Assembly: GCF_006345805.1 (NCBI RefSeq)
Contig: NW_021832346.1
Location: 1-31,079, forward strand
Origin: Octopus sinensis
Taxonomy: Eukaryota
Direction: 5' to 3'
Length of the DNA stretch: 31,079 nucleotides
The notes beneath the pieces were generated by a model that did not search any database, was not told the DNA's origin, and worked only from the letters and a program-made list of their open reading frames with translations. Shown here one piece after another: positions 11,116 to 22,879 of this stretch (the first letter of the stretch is position 1; every line of letters starts with the position of its first letter). The translations under genes were made by a program, and so were the position numbers.

Positions 11116-11797
11116 ACACACACATATATATATATACTCACGCATACACACTCACACACAAACACCAATAGATATGTAAACACACGGGCACTGTTTCGCA
11201 GTATATTTAACACATACAAATGTTCACGCACAGACATACATACACATACTCAAACGCATACATGTTTATGTATACGCTCATATAAACACACAAAACACAC
11301 ACATACACACACACACGCGCACACACACGCGCACACACGTGCAACCACATACACACACGTGCACACCCATACGTATGTATAGTCTCACACTGACACACAC
11401 GCGCGTACACGCACACAGACACACGTGTACACACGCACGCACGTGCACACACTTACTTATGCATAGTCTCACATTGACATATACACACAAACACACACAG
11501 ACGCACACACATACACACACACGTGCACACATGCACACACGTGCACACACACACAATTACTCACACACAAACACACACACACAATTACTCACACACAAAC
11601 ACACACAAGAACACACACACTTACACACACACAAACATACACTTACACACACAAACATGCACTTACACACACACACTTACTCACACACATACACACAAAC
11701 ACACACACTTACACACAAGAACACACACACTTACACACACACTTACACACACACTTACACACACACACACTTACTCACTCACACACACACACACACC
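11116..11797. repeat. (CA)n-rich compound microsatellite
   Basis: Direct reading. Confidence 0.93.
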
Positions 11798-11894
11798 ATT
11801 GTTCCTCGAGACCAGTTTATTATTCATTGTCTACTAATTGTTTCAGTTCTTTCTTTTTTTGTCTTATCTTCATATTTCATTAGAATAATACAAA

Positions 11895-11973
11895 CTCTCT
11901 CTCCTTCATTCCCTCCGTCCACCTCTCCCTTCTCTTCTCCCTTCTCACCCCTTTTTTCTTTTCTCTCATTTCT

Positions 11974-12010
<37 letters not shown>

Positions 12011-12167
12011 TTTCGTTCTTCTTCTTCTTCTTCTTCTTCTTTCTTCTACTTCTTCTTCTTCTTCTTCATCCTTCTTCTTCTTCTTCTTCTTCTTCTTCTT
12101 TTTCCTCTTCTCTGCCTTTCTCATTTTTTACTATCTCTTTCTCCCTTACCACACTGTTCTCTTTATC

Positions 12168-12198
<31 letters not shown>

Positions 12199-12275
12199 CT
12201 CCCTAACCTCTCTCTATATTCTCTATTTAATCTCTCTCAGCTCCATTGTTTTTTTTTTTTTTGTTTTTGTTTTTT
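11895..12275. repeat. Pyrimidine-rich (CTT)n/(CTTT)n tract
   Basis: Direct reading. Confidence 0.93.
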
Positions 12276-12847
12276 AATTTAATATATACATTGCTTCCTT
12301 CCTCCATTAGTATGTTCGTCATTTTCTTTCTCAGAATAGTCTTCTCTATCTTCAGATAAAAACTGCTCTTTTTCTTTTTTAGATAGGTTTTGACACCTCT
12401 TTCCCTTTCTCACTCTCGCTCCCCCTATCTCTACCCCTCTTCCATATATACATATATGTATATGTATACACACACACACACATTTCTTTGTTTCTCCGCA
12501 CCTTTCTAACTTGCGCTGTCTCCTCGTTTCTCTCACATCATATCCAGTTGTTCGCTTTATGTTATACAATTAACTGTACTTTTAAAAGTACATATACAGA
12601 TACAACAAAACAAAACAAAACAAAAATATAAAAATTTAAAAAAAAACACACAATACAAAACAACAACAAATGCAACAATAAAACACAAAGACAAAATCCT
12701 AGCAGACACGGACAAAAGGAACGAAACGGGTCTAACAGTACATTCCGTGTTATAGCGCATTTATCATGACGCTGGTCGTTGCAACACGTATCTCGTAGTA
12801 TTGAATTTTTATAACATACCGATTATACTCATGTATGTTAAAAGTCA

Positions 12848-13152
12848 GTGGAGGCACATGACCAAGTGGTTAGAGCAGCGGAATCGCGGTCGAGGGATCG
12901 CGGATTCGAATTTCAGACCAGGTGATGTGTATGTTTATGAGCGAAACACCTAAGCTCCACACGGCTCCGGCAGAAAGTAATGGCGAAACTTCTGCTGACT
13001 CTTTCGCAACAACTTTCTCTCACTCTTTCCTCCTGCATCTTGCAGCTCACCTGCAACGAATCGACATCCCGTCCAGGTGGGGAACCTATACGCCAAGAAA
13101 ACCGGGAAACCGGCTCTTATGAGCCAGGAATGGCTCGAGAAGGAACAAACAA
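12848..13152 (+). mobile_element. SINE family B, full length (about 305 bp)
   Basis: A-box-like TGACCAAGTGG, B-box-like GATTCGAATTTC, 3' end ATGAGCCAGGAATGGCTCGAGAAGGAACAAACAA; homologous to 10930-11115 and 23631-23836. Confidence 0.88.
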
Positions 13153-13186
13153 TGTTATCAGACTGACATTATAAGATTGTACACTA

Positions 13187-13398
13187 GAGCGGCTAGATGG
13201 CAGAATCATTACCATGTTGAGTAAAATGCTTAGCGACATTTCGTCCGTCTACACGTTCCGAGTTCAAATCCAGCCGAGGTCGACTTTGTCCTTCGTCCTT
13301 TTGATGTCGATAAAATAAATACTAGTCAAGTACTGGAATAAATGTAATTGACTTCCTGTTTCTCCTGAAATTGCTGAACTTCTGTTGATATTTGAAAC
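13187..13398 (+). mobile_element. SINE family C, diverged
   Basis: TGGCAGAATC...GAGTTCAAATCC...GAGGTCGACTTTG..CTT..TCC...GTCGATAAAATAA; same head and core as 10103-10519. Confidence 0.82.
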
Positions 13399-13408
13399 TA
13401 TGTTATAA

Positions 13409-13610
13409 TATCATCATCATTGTTCGACCGTGGTCGAGACAATGGAATTTACTATGTTACGCCAGACTCCACGGTTCATCATAGCATTACGGAGGTCCTG
13501 TTGCTGGATTCCTGTATCCCCGGAGATTACATCAGGGTAGGAGAGTGTGCGCCCTCTGGTATCGCGAGCAGATGGCTTCCAGAGGAGAAGAGTAGAAAAC
13601 AAATATCGTA
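13409..13610 (-). mobile_element. RTE-clade LINE 3' end fragment
   Basis: Minus translation LLLWKP...RGRTLSYPDVISGDTG...DLRNAMMNRGVWRNIV is typical of the RTE ORF C-terminus; the stop is followed by a (TGA)n tail. Confidence 0.8.
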
Positions 13611-14532
13611 TTATGATATGTTACGACGGTGGAAGCCAATTCGTGACCGAGTAGGACCACCTCCCGAACCGTTCCGATGGTCCAAGAAGTTCCTGAGTTA
13701 ATTTATTTCGAGACAGGTAAGTGTTGCACAATACTAAACCCATTTTTCAGCCCAATTACTTGTAAAACCTGCGGCAGAAGAAAGATTGAGACGACTAGAA
13801 ACCTACAGCACATAAAATATTTCATTCGAGTTTGCCTTCTTCTAGAAAGAAGTTCTAACTAAAGCTGGTGGTTGTTCACTCCCAATGATTCACATGTTAG
13901 TTAACCCCAAACTGGGGCTCAAACAAGATATAGACCAGGGGAAAATAGCGTCTGAAAGGTAGTTCTACACTCCTCAAAATTCGGGAATTCTCGTACCAGG
14001 GCCAGCAATCGGATGCAGTTTAAAGTCATTCCCTGGATACTATGTTGCGCTACAGCATAATAATGTTATAAGGTGAAGGCAGCACGGTCATCAAATATTA
14101 GATGAAATTAAACCATTTATATTTGATATTTTGTGCCGTAATACAAACATCATAATGCGTGTTATAAAAGAGATCTAATTTTCTTATATAATACAATACC
14201 GCAGCTATGTTGTTCGAGAGCGGGACGAAAACACTATCATATTGGAGACCGGGCCAAATTGTTTGGATGAACTTTGTTAAAGCTACCCAAAGACCAAGGA
14301 GTGGTAGTGTCAAACCGTGTGACTGATTAAGTTTATTAGAAGGACACAGAGGAGTTTAAAAGGGGAACTCAAAGAAGCGGAAAAAGGATCCCGTCTGAAC
14401 GCTCAAAAAGTTCGTCAAGACCACAATCGTAGATTCGTATTTTATATATCAACCCTTGAGGGATGAAAAGCAAAAGTGATCTCAACGAAATTTGAAACCG
14501 AGACACAAAGAGCCGAGATAAAATTTTCAAGG

Positions 14533-14946
14533 TATTTCTTTTACTTTCTTTTACTTGTTTCAGTCATTTGACTGCGGCCATGCTGGAGCACCGCCTTTAG
14601 TCGAGCGAATCGACCCCAGGACTTATTCTTTGTAAGCGCAGCACTTATTCTATCGGTCTCTTTTACCGAATCGCTAAGTTACGGGGACGTAAAAACACCA
14701 GCATCGGTTGTCAAGCGACGTTGGGGGGACAATAACAGACAGACAAACATAGACACATATACATATATATATATACATATATACGACGGGCTTCTTTCAG
14801 TTTCCGTCTACTAAATCCACTCACAAGGCTTTGATCGGCCCGAGGCTATAGTAGAAGACACTTGCCCAAGGTGCCTCGCAGTGGGACTGAACCCGGAACC
14901 ATGTGGATCATAAGCAAGCTACTTACCACACAGCCACTCCTACGCG
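14533..14946 (-). mobile_element. tRNA-derived SINE, family A, near full length
   Basis: Minus head GGCTGTGTGGTAAG...GGTTCAGTCCC, core GGGCAAGTGTCTTCTACTATAGCC...GACGGAAACTGAAAGAAGCCCGTCG, tail GGCGGTGCTCCAGCATGGCCGCAG...(AAAAG)n. Confidence 0.9.
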
Positions 14947-15439
14947 TATATCTAACATTATTCACAGAGGTCTAAAATGGCTACCCACAGATGCGGAAAA
15001 TAGTATATTGGACGCAGCTTTCACTCCTTACAGTAGTGGCTGGACTATAAAATTATCGAAATTATTTACAATATTAGGTAGGCTGTACCAAATGATGGAA
15101 TGCGATTCTGGTGACAAGTTACGAGGCGTTTTTACCTCGAACAGCTGCCTGAAAACCTATCTCTGTAAGATATCGCGATACAAGCAAATATAGTTCCATC
15201 GAAAGAATCGGTCCTGGAAGTAAGGTTGTGCGAACATTTCTAGCATATAATTCAATTTGAATTGGGTTTCCGAGTGAAGAACTTCGAAATAAAAATTGTG
15301 TTGCTGTTTTAATCGGCAAGTCCGGTGAATAATCGAAAGTCTACGAAGAACTTTTCTTCAAGTAATCCATCTAGTCTTATGATAAAAACCAAAATATATT
15401 ACTGTCGCACAGATCTATATTTAAGAGATTAGGAATTAT

Positions 15440-15583
15440 GTCTATTATTTACATTGTTTACATTATTTACATTCGACGGATATTTGTCCTCATCTTATTA
15501 TTCAGGTCACTGCCTGGAATCGAACTCGGAATCGTGGGGTTACTAGCCCGCGCTCTTAACCACTACGCCATATGCCCGTCGGC

Positions 15584-15584
<1 letters not shown>
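15440..15584 (-). mobile_element. tRNA-derived SINE head joined to a short AT-rich end
   Basis: Minus GGGCATATGGCGTAGTGGTTAAGAGCGCGGGCTAGTAACCCC...GAGTTCGATTCC has clear A and B boxes but no paired acceptor stem, then AATAATAAGATGAGGACAAATATCCGTCGAATGTAAA. Confidence 0.8.
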
Positions 15585-15639
<55 letters not shown>

Positions 15640-15687
15640 TAATAATAATGATGATAATAATAATGATAATAATAATAATAATAATAT
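15585..15687. repeat. (TAA)n array at the 5' flank of Dong copy 1
   Basis: Direct reading. Confidence 0.97.
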
Positions 15688-17031
15688 AGACGAGTTAGAT
15701 CAATACTAAACACAGAGCTCAATGCTAAAAACAAGATAATAGGTATCAACACTTTAGCTGTCCCAGTTATAAGTTACAGCTACAATATCCTTAACTGGAC
15801 ACGAAATGAACTGACCAAAATAGATAGGAAAACAAGAAAAATAATGACAGGATCTAGGATGCATCACCCAAAATCTGACATAGAAAAGACTATATATACA
15901 ACGTATAGAAGGTGGTAAGGGCCTTATACAGCTGGAAACTACTATAAAATAACCACCATAGGACTGCAAAAATATCTACTTCAGAAGGAAGGAAACTGAT
16001 CCAGATAGCAGCAAAACACGAGCAAAACAAAAAACTGTTCTCAGTATTTAAGGAAGCTGACAAATACAAACAAGAAATCATAACCACCTAATAAACATGA
16101 AGAAGAAGAAGAAGATGAAGAAACAACAAAAAGCTATAAAACAAATGAAATCCAACTAAAAAATAGACAGCAACGAACCATGATAAAACGATGGCAAGAA
16201 AAGCCCCTTCATGGTAATACTGGACAAACTAAACGCAAAAGAAATAGACGAAGAAAAAATCCCAGCAATGGTTGAGAAGCTCAGGACTCAAAGCAGAAAC
16301 AGAGGGATCTTTAATTGCAGCACAAGACCAAGCCTCCCCACCAGAAATTACCAAAACATGTAATGAAAGAAAATATTACAGTAACTGCAGAATATGTGGA
16401 GATGGACAGAAACAATAAATCATATCTCTAGCTGCCCAGTCTTGGCTAAGAAGGAATATATTCACAAGACATGACAGAGTTGGAACCTACATACATTGGA
16501 AGCTATGCCACATTATGGAATAACAACAGAAAAATGATGGTATAGGCACACCCAGAAAAGGTCACAGAAAATGAGAAAGCAACCATACTCTGGGATATGC
16601 CGATACACACAGATAGAGAAATTAAGGCCAACAGACCAGATATAGTTGTCAGAGATCACGAAGAAAAAAATGCTTTCTAATTGATGTATCAATACCGGCT
16701 GATGACAACGTGTCTCTAAAAGAAATGGAGAAACTCTCAAAATACAAAGACCTGGAATAGAGGTAACTAGAATGTGGAATCTGAAAACAGAACAATTCCT
16801 ATCATAGTAGGTGCATTAGGCATGATAAAAAAATATTCAGACAAATACTAACAAAAACACCAGGACTTACAACACATATAACATACAGAAAATTGCACTA
16901 CTAGGCACTGCACACATCCTACGCAGAACACTTTCCATACAATAACCATCACAACAAATCACACATACCCAAGGCACACAGAGCTGTGCTCGGTAGTGAA
17001 GTGAAAGCACGCTATAAAAATAAAACTACTG
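15688..17031 (+). mobile_element. R4/Dong-clade LINE copy 1, 5'-truncated (thumb, CCHC, RLE endonuclease, 3' UTR)
   Basis: Broken frame: RRVRSILNTELNAKNKIIGINTLAVP, MHHPKSD, GGxGL, LKAETEG..IAAQD, CRICG...HI.SSC, HDRVG, LWDMPIHTDREIKANRPDIVV, IDVSIP, GALG; stop at about 16943-16945. Confidence 0.92.
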
Positions 17032-17047
17032 AATAATAATAATAATA

Positions 17048-17110
<63 letters not shown>

Positions 17111-17242
17111 TAATAATAATAACAACAATAATAATAATGATAATAATAATTATAATAATAATAATAATAATGATGATAATAATAATGATAATAATAATAA
17201 TAATAATGATGATAATAATAATGATAATAATAATAATAATAA
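17032..17242. repeat. (TAA)n/(TGA) array at the 3' flank of Dong copy 1
   Basis: Direct reading. Confidence 0.97.
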
Positions 17243-17312
17243 GGAGAGCGCCAGCCTTGACAGCGGGAGAGCGCCAGCCTTGACAGCGGGAGAGCGCCAG
17301 CCTTGACAGCGG
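17243..17312 (+). repeat. Three tandem copies of a 23-bp GC-rich unit
   Basis: GGAGAGCGCCAGCCTTGACAGCG starts at 17243, 17266 and 17289 with no spacers. Confidence 0.95.
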
Positions 17313-17461
17313 CTGGACGTGTTCCTCACTGCTCTGACAGTTCGGTGGCTGAAAGCCATAGAAACACTAATATGGGCCAGTTTAGCAACGGGGAAAAATA
17401 ACTCTCAAAGACTGGAACATCTACAATACCTCGTGAGTATTTGAAATTCTCTTCAAAGTGG

Positions 17462-18362
17462 GTTAAGAAATTTACAAATTTACATATCTGCAGCTTTCAC
17501 AACATACATCCGATCGGCTTTAAAAACTTTAATACCCCACTGCCTCTGTAAGCACCCTTTTTTTCTTCTCTCTAAAAACAATCACGCTTTTCTTTTTGTG
17601 GACTTGCAAAACCCTAAAACTTTCTATGAAAATCTGACTTTTCTTTGCTTCCTCCCAGAATATTCAAATATAAATGTAAACATATACTCTTTATTGCAAA
17701 ACACACCTGTTCTTCTAACTGGACATACAAACATCTCTAGAGGGGTCAACTTCAACCTCCACAATATTACCTTGCACGAAATATACAAACACTTTTTATT
17801 GCAATAACACAAACGCACATGGAAAAAATAATGATGCTAAGATTCTCTCTGGTCGAACACAGCTTCTCTATTCACAAATAATACAGAACAGCCCTTCAAA
17901 ATAAGTTAAGAAAATTTACAAATTTACATATCTACAGTTTTCAATCATACATTCGACCAGCTTTAAAAACTTTGATACCCACAATTGCCTCTGTAAACAT
18001 CTTTTTTTTTTCTTCTCTCTCTAAAAACATCACGCTTTTCTTTTTTTTTTCTTTTTGTGGACTTACAAAACCTTAAACTTTCTATGAAAATCTGACTTTT
18101 CTTTGCTTCCTCCTGAATATTCAAATATAAATGTAACATATACTTTTTATTGTAAAAAACACCTGTTCTTCTAACTGGACATACAAACATCTCTAGAAAA
18201 GTCAACTTCAACCTCCACAATATTACCTTACAGGAAATATACAAACACTTTTTATTGCAATAACACAAACGCACGTGAAAAAAAAAAAAAAAAGAGATGA
18301 TGCTACGATTCTCTCTGGTCGAACACAACTTCTCTATTCACAAACAATACAGAACAGCCCTT
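17462..18362 (+). repeat. Tandem direct duplication of an about 440-460-bp unit
   Basis: 17462-17903 and 17904-18362 both start GTTAAGAAA(A)TTTACAAATTTACATATCT and end AATACAGAACAGCCCTTC; by eye under 90% identical with homopolymer length differences. Confidence 0.93.
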
Positions 18363-18734
18363 CCTTAATTTTTCTTAAGCCTAATAGTAGTAAACATCTG
18401 AACTTTTTTTTGACCGATAGGACCGCACCTAAAGGAAAAAAAAAAAAAAAAAAAAAAAAAACAGTCAGCCAGCCAACCACCAAGCCAGCCAACGAGACAG
18501 ACAGACACTACTGTGATGGTGATAATGAAAAAAAAACCAAAATAACAATAATAAGATACTGCTGTGACTACACATAAAACAATATCATTGATGATGATGG
18601 TGGTGATGGTGATGATGATAATGATGATGGTAATGGTGGTAAAAATGATGATAGTGATGGTAATGGTGATGATAAAACAATAATAAGCCGACTACGGCTG
18701 CTATAATGGTACGATTATAATTGTAACGGCAATG

Positions 18735-21700
18735 ATGGCCGTCTCCCCACGAGCCAATCAAAGCTAAAAAATGATAACATTATCGTAGCACCAAAATGTT
18801 TTTGGAAACTAAAAGGAAAACTAAATCAGTATACCAAATCGCTTGTCCTATGGTTAATCTGGAAGCGCGTCCCCCAGGGAAGAGCCAGCCTGGGATCGAA
18901 AAGTCATCAACTGGCAAACTCTTCTCCGAATACGGACATGGATGGTCACTTGAACGGGAAATCCCCCAACTCGAGCCCTCCAAGTTCACCACCACAACCA
19001 CCACAGAAAGAAAAATGTAAGCGGAACAAATGGACCCGAGAAGAGTATAAAGAAGTATATACGCTTATTACTATGCATTAGGTAGGCCATCTCAAGAGAG
19101 ACACCGCAAACTCTTACAGTATATGGAGAACACGGAATCAAGACAGTAGGCCCTATTTGGACAAGAACAAATTAGCAAATGTGAGGAGGGATATCTTTAG
19201 AAATAACAGACTCACAGACAGTGAAATAAGCGCGATCAAGCACGCAACGGAAAATGACATAAATATAAGACACAAAGGAAATGAAGAATCAGATGAACAG
19301 TATAGCCCGCCACGAGGCTTAATTGAAAGACTGCCATGCATCTGACCAAAGTACGCAAAGCCTGAAGATACAAGAAATTCTATTGTACCTGTTAAAGATA
19401 GCCAGGAAAAGAAAAAAAACAACAGTAACTGAAGCTCTCGCATTTGCTGAAGAACACAGAGAGTCTATGGCAGAAATGAGGCAGAAAATCCTGAATACGC
19501 TTGAAGTTGTAAGACATACAAGTATGAATGATAGAGAACCGCTTCATAAACTCTCAAATACAAACCAAAATAAAAAACAAATCCAAATTGGCAACTATGT
19601 AACAAATGAAATAATACGAGAATTAAAACCTGATTTTACTGAGTTAAATGAAATTATTTACGCTTCTGCTAGGGCAATTGAAACCAGCTGTATGCCCCCG
19701 AAAAAACAAAGAAAACAAAACCTGGGAAGAAATCAAACCTGGAGAAGTAAAATTGAAAAAGAGATTGAATTTATGAGAGGGGAAATATCAATATTAAATG
19801 AACTAATATGTGGAAATGATGTAAGATCCAGAACAGGAAGAAAGATGAAGAGAAAATTTGGATCCTCACCAAGAGAAGAACTGATATCAATAAAAGAAAC
19901 GCTGAAACAAAAAGTCCAAGCAAAAGCCCAAAGAATACGAAGATTTGAGAAGAGAAACAAGTTTTACAAGCAAAAAAGCTGTTCACATCCAATGCCAAAA
20001 AATTCTACAGAGAAATAGGGAAGGAGAAAGTAACCGTTAAAGACCCCCCTCCCATGGAAGAAGTTCAAAACTTTTGGAAAAGGATTTGGAGCGACAAGAA
20101 GACGTACAACATAATGCAGACTGGATTATACAACTGAAGGATCCTACCAAAATTTACAACAACAAGCATGGGAAGACATCACAAAAGCAGACCTAAGAAA
20201 GGCACTCACGAAGGCCCATAATTGGAAATCCCCGGTAAAGATAGGGTGCCGAATTCTGGCTCGCATCGCTCCCGTGCGCACACGGTAAGCTAGTTCAGCT
20301 GCTCAATGGAATTATGAGAGACACAAAGAAAACACCTGAATGGTTAGCAAGTGGCATTACTTACCTACTCCCAAAGAATAACGAAACCAACCTTCCAAAA
20401 AACTATCGGCCTATAACCTGTCTATCCACCACGTATAAAATCCTAACATCTATCCTGGCGGAGAAAACATATGCATTCATGGAGAAGAACGATATTTTCC
20501 CCATTGAACAAAAAGGGTGCCGCCGAGGCTCTTACGGATGCAAAGATCAACTGCTAATCAATCGTATGATCCTTGAGAACTGTCACAACAAGCGCAGAAA
20601 TCTCAGCACCGCATGGATTGACTATAAAAAGGCCTTCGACAGTATACCGCATCCATGGATCTTGAGATCGCTGGACATCTTCAAAATTTCCCCTGTGATT
20701 TCAAACTTCCTGAAGCACAATATGTCGTTGTGGAATACGAATCTCCAATTATACCACTCTAATGGAGTACTTGCCTCAGAAAATATAAACATCAACTGTG
20801 GAATTTTTCAAGGTGACTCACTCTCACCTTTAATATTCTGCATAGCCCTAATACCCCTTACAAGTGAATTAAACAGAACAGGGTATGGGTATAAAATTGC
20901 CAATAAAAAAATAAGCCATCTATTTTATATGGATGACTTAAAACTTTATGTAAAGACAATAATGAACTTGAAGGCCTATTGCGCACCGTGAAAGCATTCA
21001 GCGATGACATCGGGATGGAGTTTGGACTTGAGAAGTGTGCCAAGGCACTTTCCAGAAAGGGAAAGTGAAGACCACAAATTCAGTCGTGTTAGATGTTGAC
21101 ACAGTCATAAGAGAGCTTGAGCAAGAACAAACATACAAATATTAGGGATAAATGAAGGCTCTGGTATTCAGCATGCAAGCATGAAAGAGAAAATCAGGAA
21201 GGAATGTTATAGGAGAGTTCGTGCAGTCCTGAATCTGAACTAAATGCACGTAACAAGTGTTAGCTATAAATTCCCTAGCAGTTCCAGTTGTTACTTATAG
21301 CTACAATGTGTTGAACTGGAATATGAGTGAAGTAAAGAATATAGATAGAAAAATACGCAAGCTGCTGAGTTGTAATAGGATGCACCACCCAAAGGCAGAC
21401 GTAGATCACCTTTACCTTCCAGAGCCCAAGGAGGTCGAGGCCTGATCCAATTTGAACTAGCTTACAAAACAACCACAATTGGACTGGCCAAATATCTCGA
21501 AATATCGAATGACTGGATGCTAAAGCTCGTGGAAAATCACGAGAGACGAAGAAGCTTCATTCTATCATCAAGGAAAGCAAAAAATTTGCTATTGATCTCG
21601 TGCAGGATACCCAAACTGAACAACCCGAGGGAAGTACGGCAACTATTGTTGCAAAGAAGGTGAAAATGATGGCAATGAAAAAAGCGCACGAGCAATTGGC

Positions 21701-22633
21701 TGATAGGTGGGAGGAGAAACCTCTGCACGGCAAATATGTGACCCGCAGCAAACAAGCTGATGTTGACCAGAAGCAAACCCATCAGTGGCTACGGAGCTCA
21801 GGGCTAAAAGCAGAGAGCGAAGGTTTCATCCTGGCTGCACAAGATCAAAGCCTATTAACCCGGAACTACCAGGCCAACGTGATGAAAAATGGAGCAGACC
21901 CAAATGCCGATTCTGCAACGACATGATTGAAACAGTGGACCACCTAATCTCTGGATGTAAAGTCTTAGCACCAGTGGAGTATAAATTAAGACATGACAGA
22001 GTTGGCCAATATCTCCACTGGCTAATAAGTCGGCATTACAATATCAAAACTGCCGACAAGTGGTATAATCACCACCCTGAGGCTGTAACTGAAGGAGAAA
22101 ATGTAACGATTCTGTGGGACTTTCCAGTACATACAGACCGAACCATCAAGGCCAATAAACCAGATATTGTTGTGAAAGACCAAAACAATAAAGTTTGCTT
22201 ATTGATCGACATGAGCATCCCCTGTGATCATAATATCTCAGCGAAGAGTTTGACAAGCTCAGAAATATAAAGACCTACTCATTGAAATTGAGAAAATGTG
22301 CATCTCAAGGCGGTTACAATACCAGTGATCGTAGGAGCACTAGGAATGATCAAGAAGGGAACCGAAAATTATATGAGAATGATCCCTGGCTTACCATCCC
22401 TGCAAGAAGTGCAAAAGATTGTCTTAACTGGTACATCACACGTATTGAGAAGAGCATTGTCGATGTGAGAACTGTTGCTGCTCATGTATTTTAATTTAAC
22501 TAAAAAAAAAATTTTTTAAATGAACGAACTACTGAGTTTGGTTTAATGGCCTACCACAATACACTATGAGTTTTTCTTGCCCTAGGAGTCAAATTTGCCA
22601 AGAAATGGAAGAAATTTGAAAGAAGAAAAAAAA

Positions 22634-22634
<1 letters not shown>
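18735..22634 (+). mobile_element. R4/Dong-clade LINE copy 2, near full length (N-terminal Myb-like region, RT, CCHC, RLE endonuclease)
   Basis: RNKWTREEY, NWKSPG, NYRPITCL, QKGCRRG, WIDYKKAFDS, GIFQGDSLSPL, LFYMDDLKLY, CRFC...ETVDHLISGC, RHDRV, KPDIVV...LIDMSIP; stop at 22466-22468, 3' UTR, then (TAA)n. ORF broken by many 1-nt indels; 5' boundary approximate. Confidence 0.95.
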
Positions 22635-22675
<41 letters not shown>

Positions 22676-22782
22676 TAATAATAATAATGATACTACTACT
22701 ACTACTACTACTACTAACTACTACTACTACTAATAATATAATAATAATAATAATAATAATAAAATAATAATGATAATAATAA
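22635..22782. repeat. (TAA)n/(TAC)n array at the 3' flank of Dong copy 2
   Basis: Direct reading. Confidence 0.97.
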
Positions 22783-22833
22783 CCACATCGAAAAATACCT
22801 TAGGGATGAAACCCACGTTTGAAATTTCCCCAA

Positions 22834-22879
22834 AACACCTGATGAAGGCTGGAGGGTATTTCAACCGAAACGTTGTGTT
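22834..22879 (+). ncRNA. Minimal type I hammerhead ribozyme motif (Penelope-type)
   Basis: AACAC-CTGATGA-A-GGCTG...CAACC-GAAA-CGTT-GTGTT: stem I AACAC/GTGTT, canonical core, stem II with one C-A mismatch, loopless palindromic stem III (ACGT), GUU cleavage triplet. Confidence 0.75.

Noticed and set aside
14190-14440. Short open frames in unique sequence (also 8560-8940, 14950-15400, 27130-27480, 28920-29400) as host exons
   Set aside because: No recognisable protein motifs and no consistent acceptor/donor pairs; needs RNA-seq.
15500-15580. Functional tRNA gene
   Set aside because: A and B boxes are present but the acceptor stem cannot pair; it behaves as a SINE head. The same applies to the other tRNA-like heads.
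17243-17312. 23-bp repeats as a CRISPR-like array
   Set aside because: Units are contiguous with no spacers, the context is eukaryotic and no cas genes are present.
17318-17370. Type III hammerhead-like arrangement GTGTT...CTGACAG...GAAACAC
   Set aside because: The core is CUGACAG rather than CUGANGA and stem I cannot form.
18400-18735. A tRNA head upstream of Dong copy 2, which would show the LINE split a head-(TAA)n-hammerhead SINE
   Set aside because: No A/B-box head in + orientation is visible there, so the split-element idea is unsupported.
18735-18800. HDV-like ribozyme at the 5' end of Dong copy 2 (CGT-CTCCCC-ACG ... GCTAA)
   Set aside because: I could not build P1, P1.1 or P2 pairings. 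A covariance search on the family consensus would be needed.
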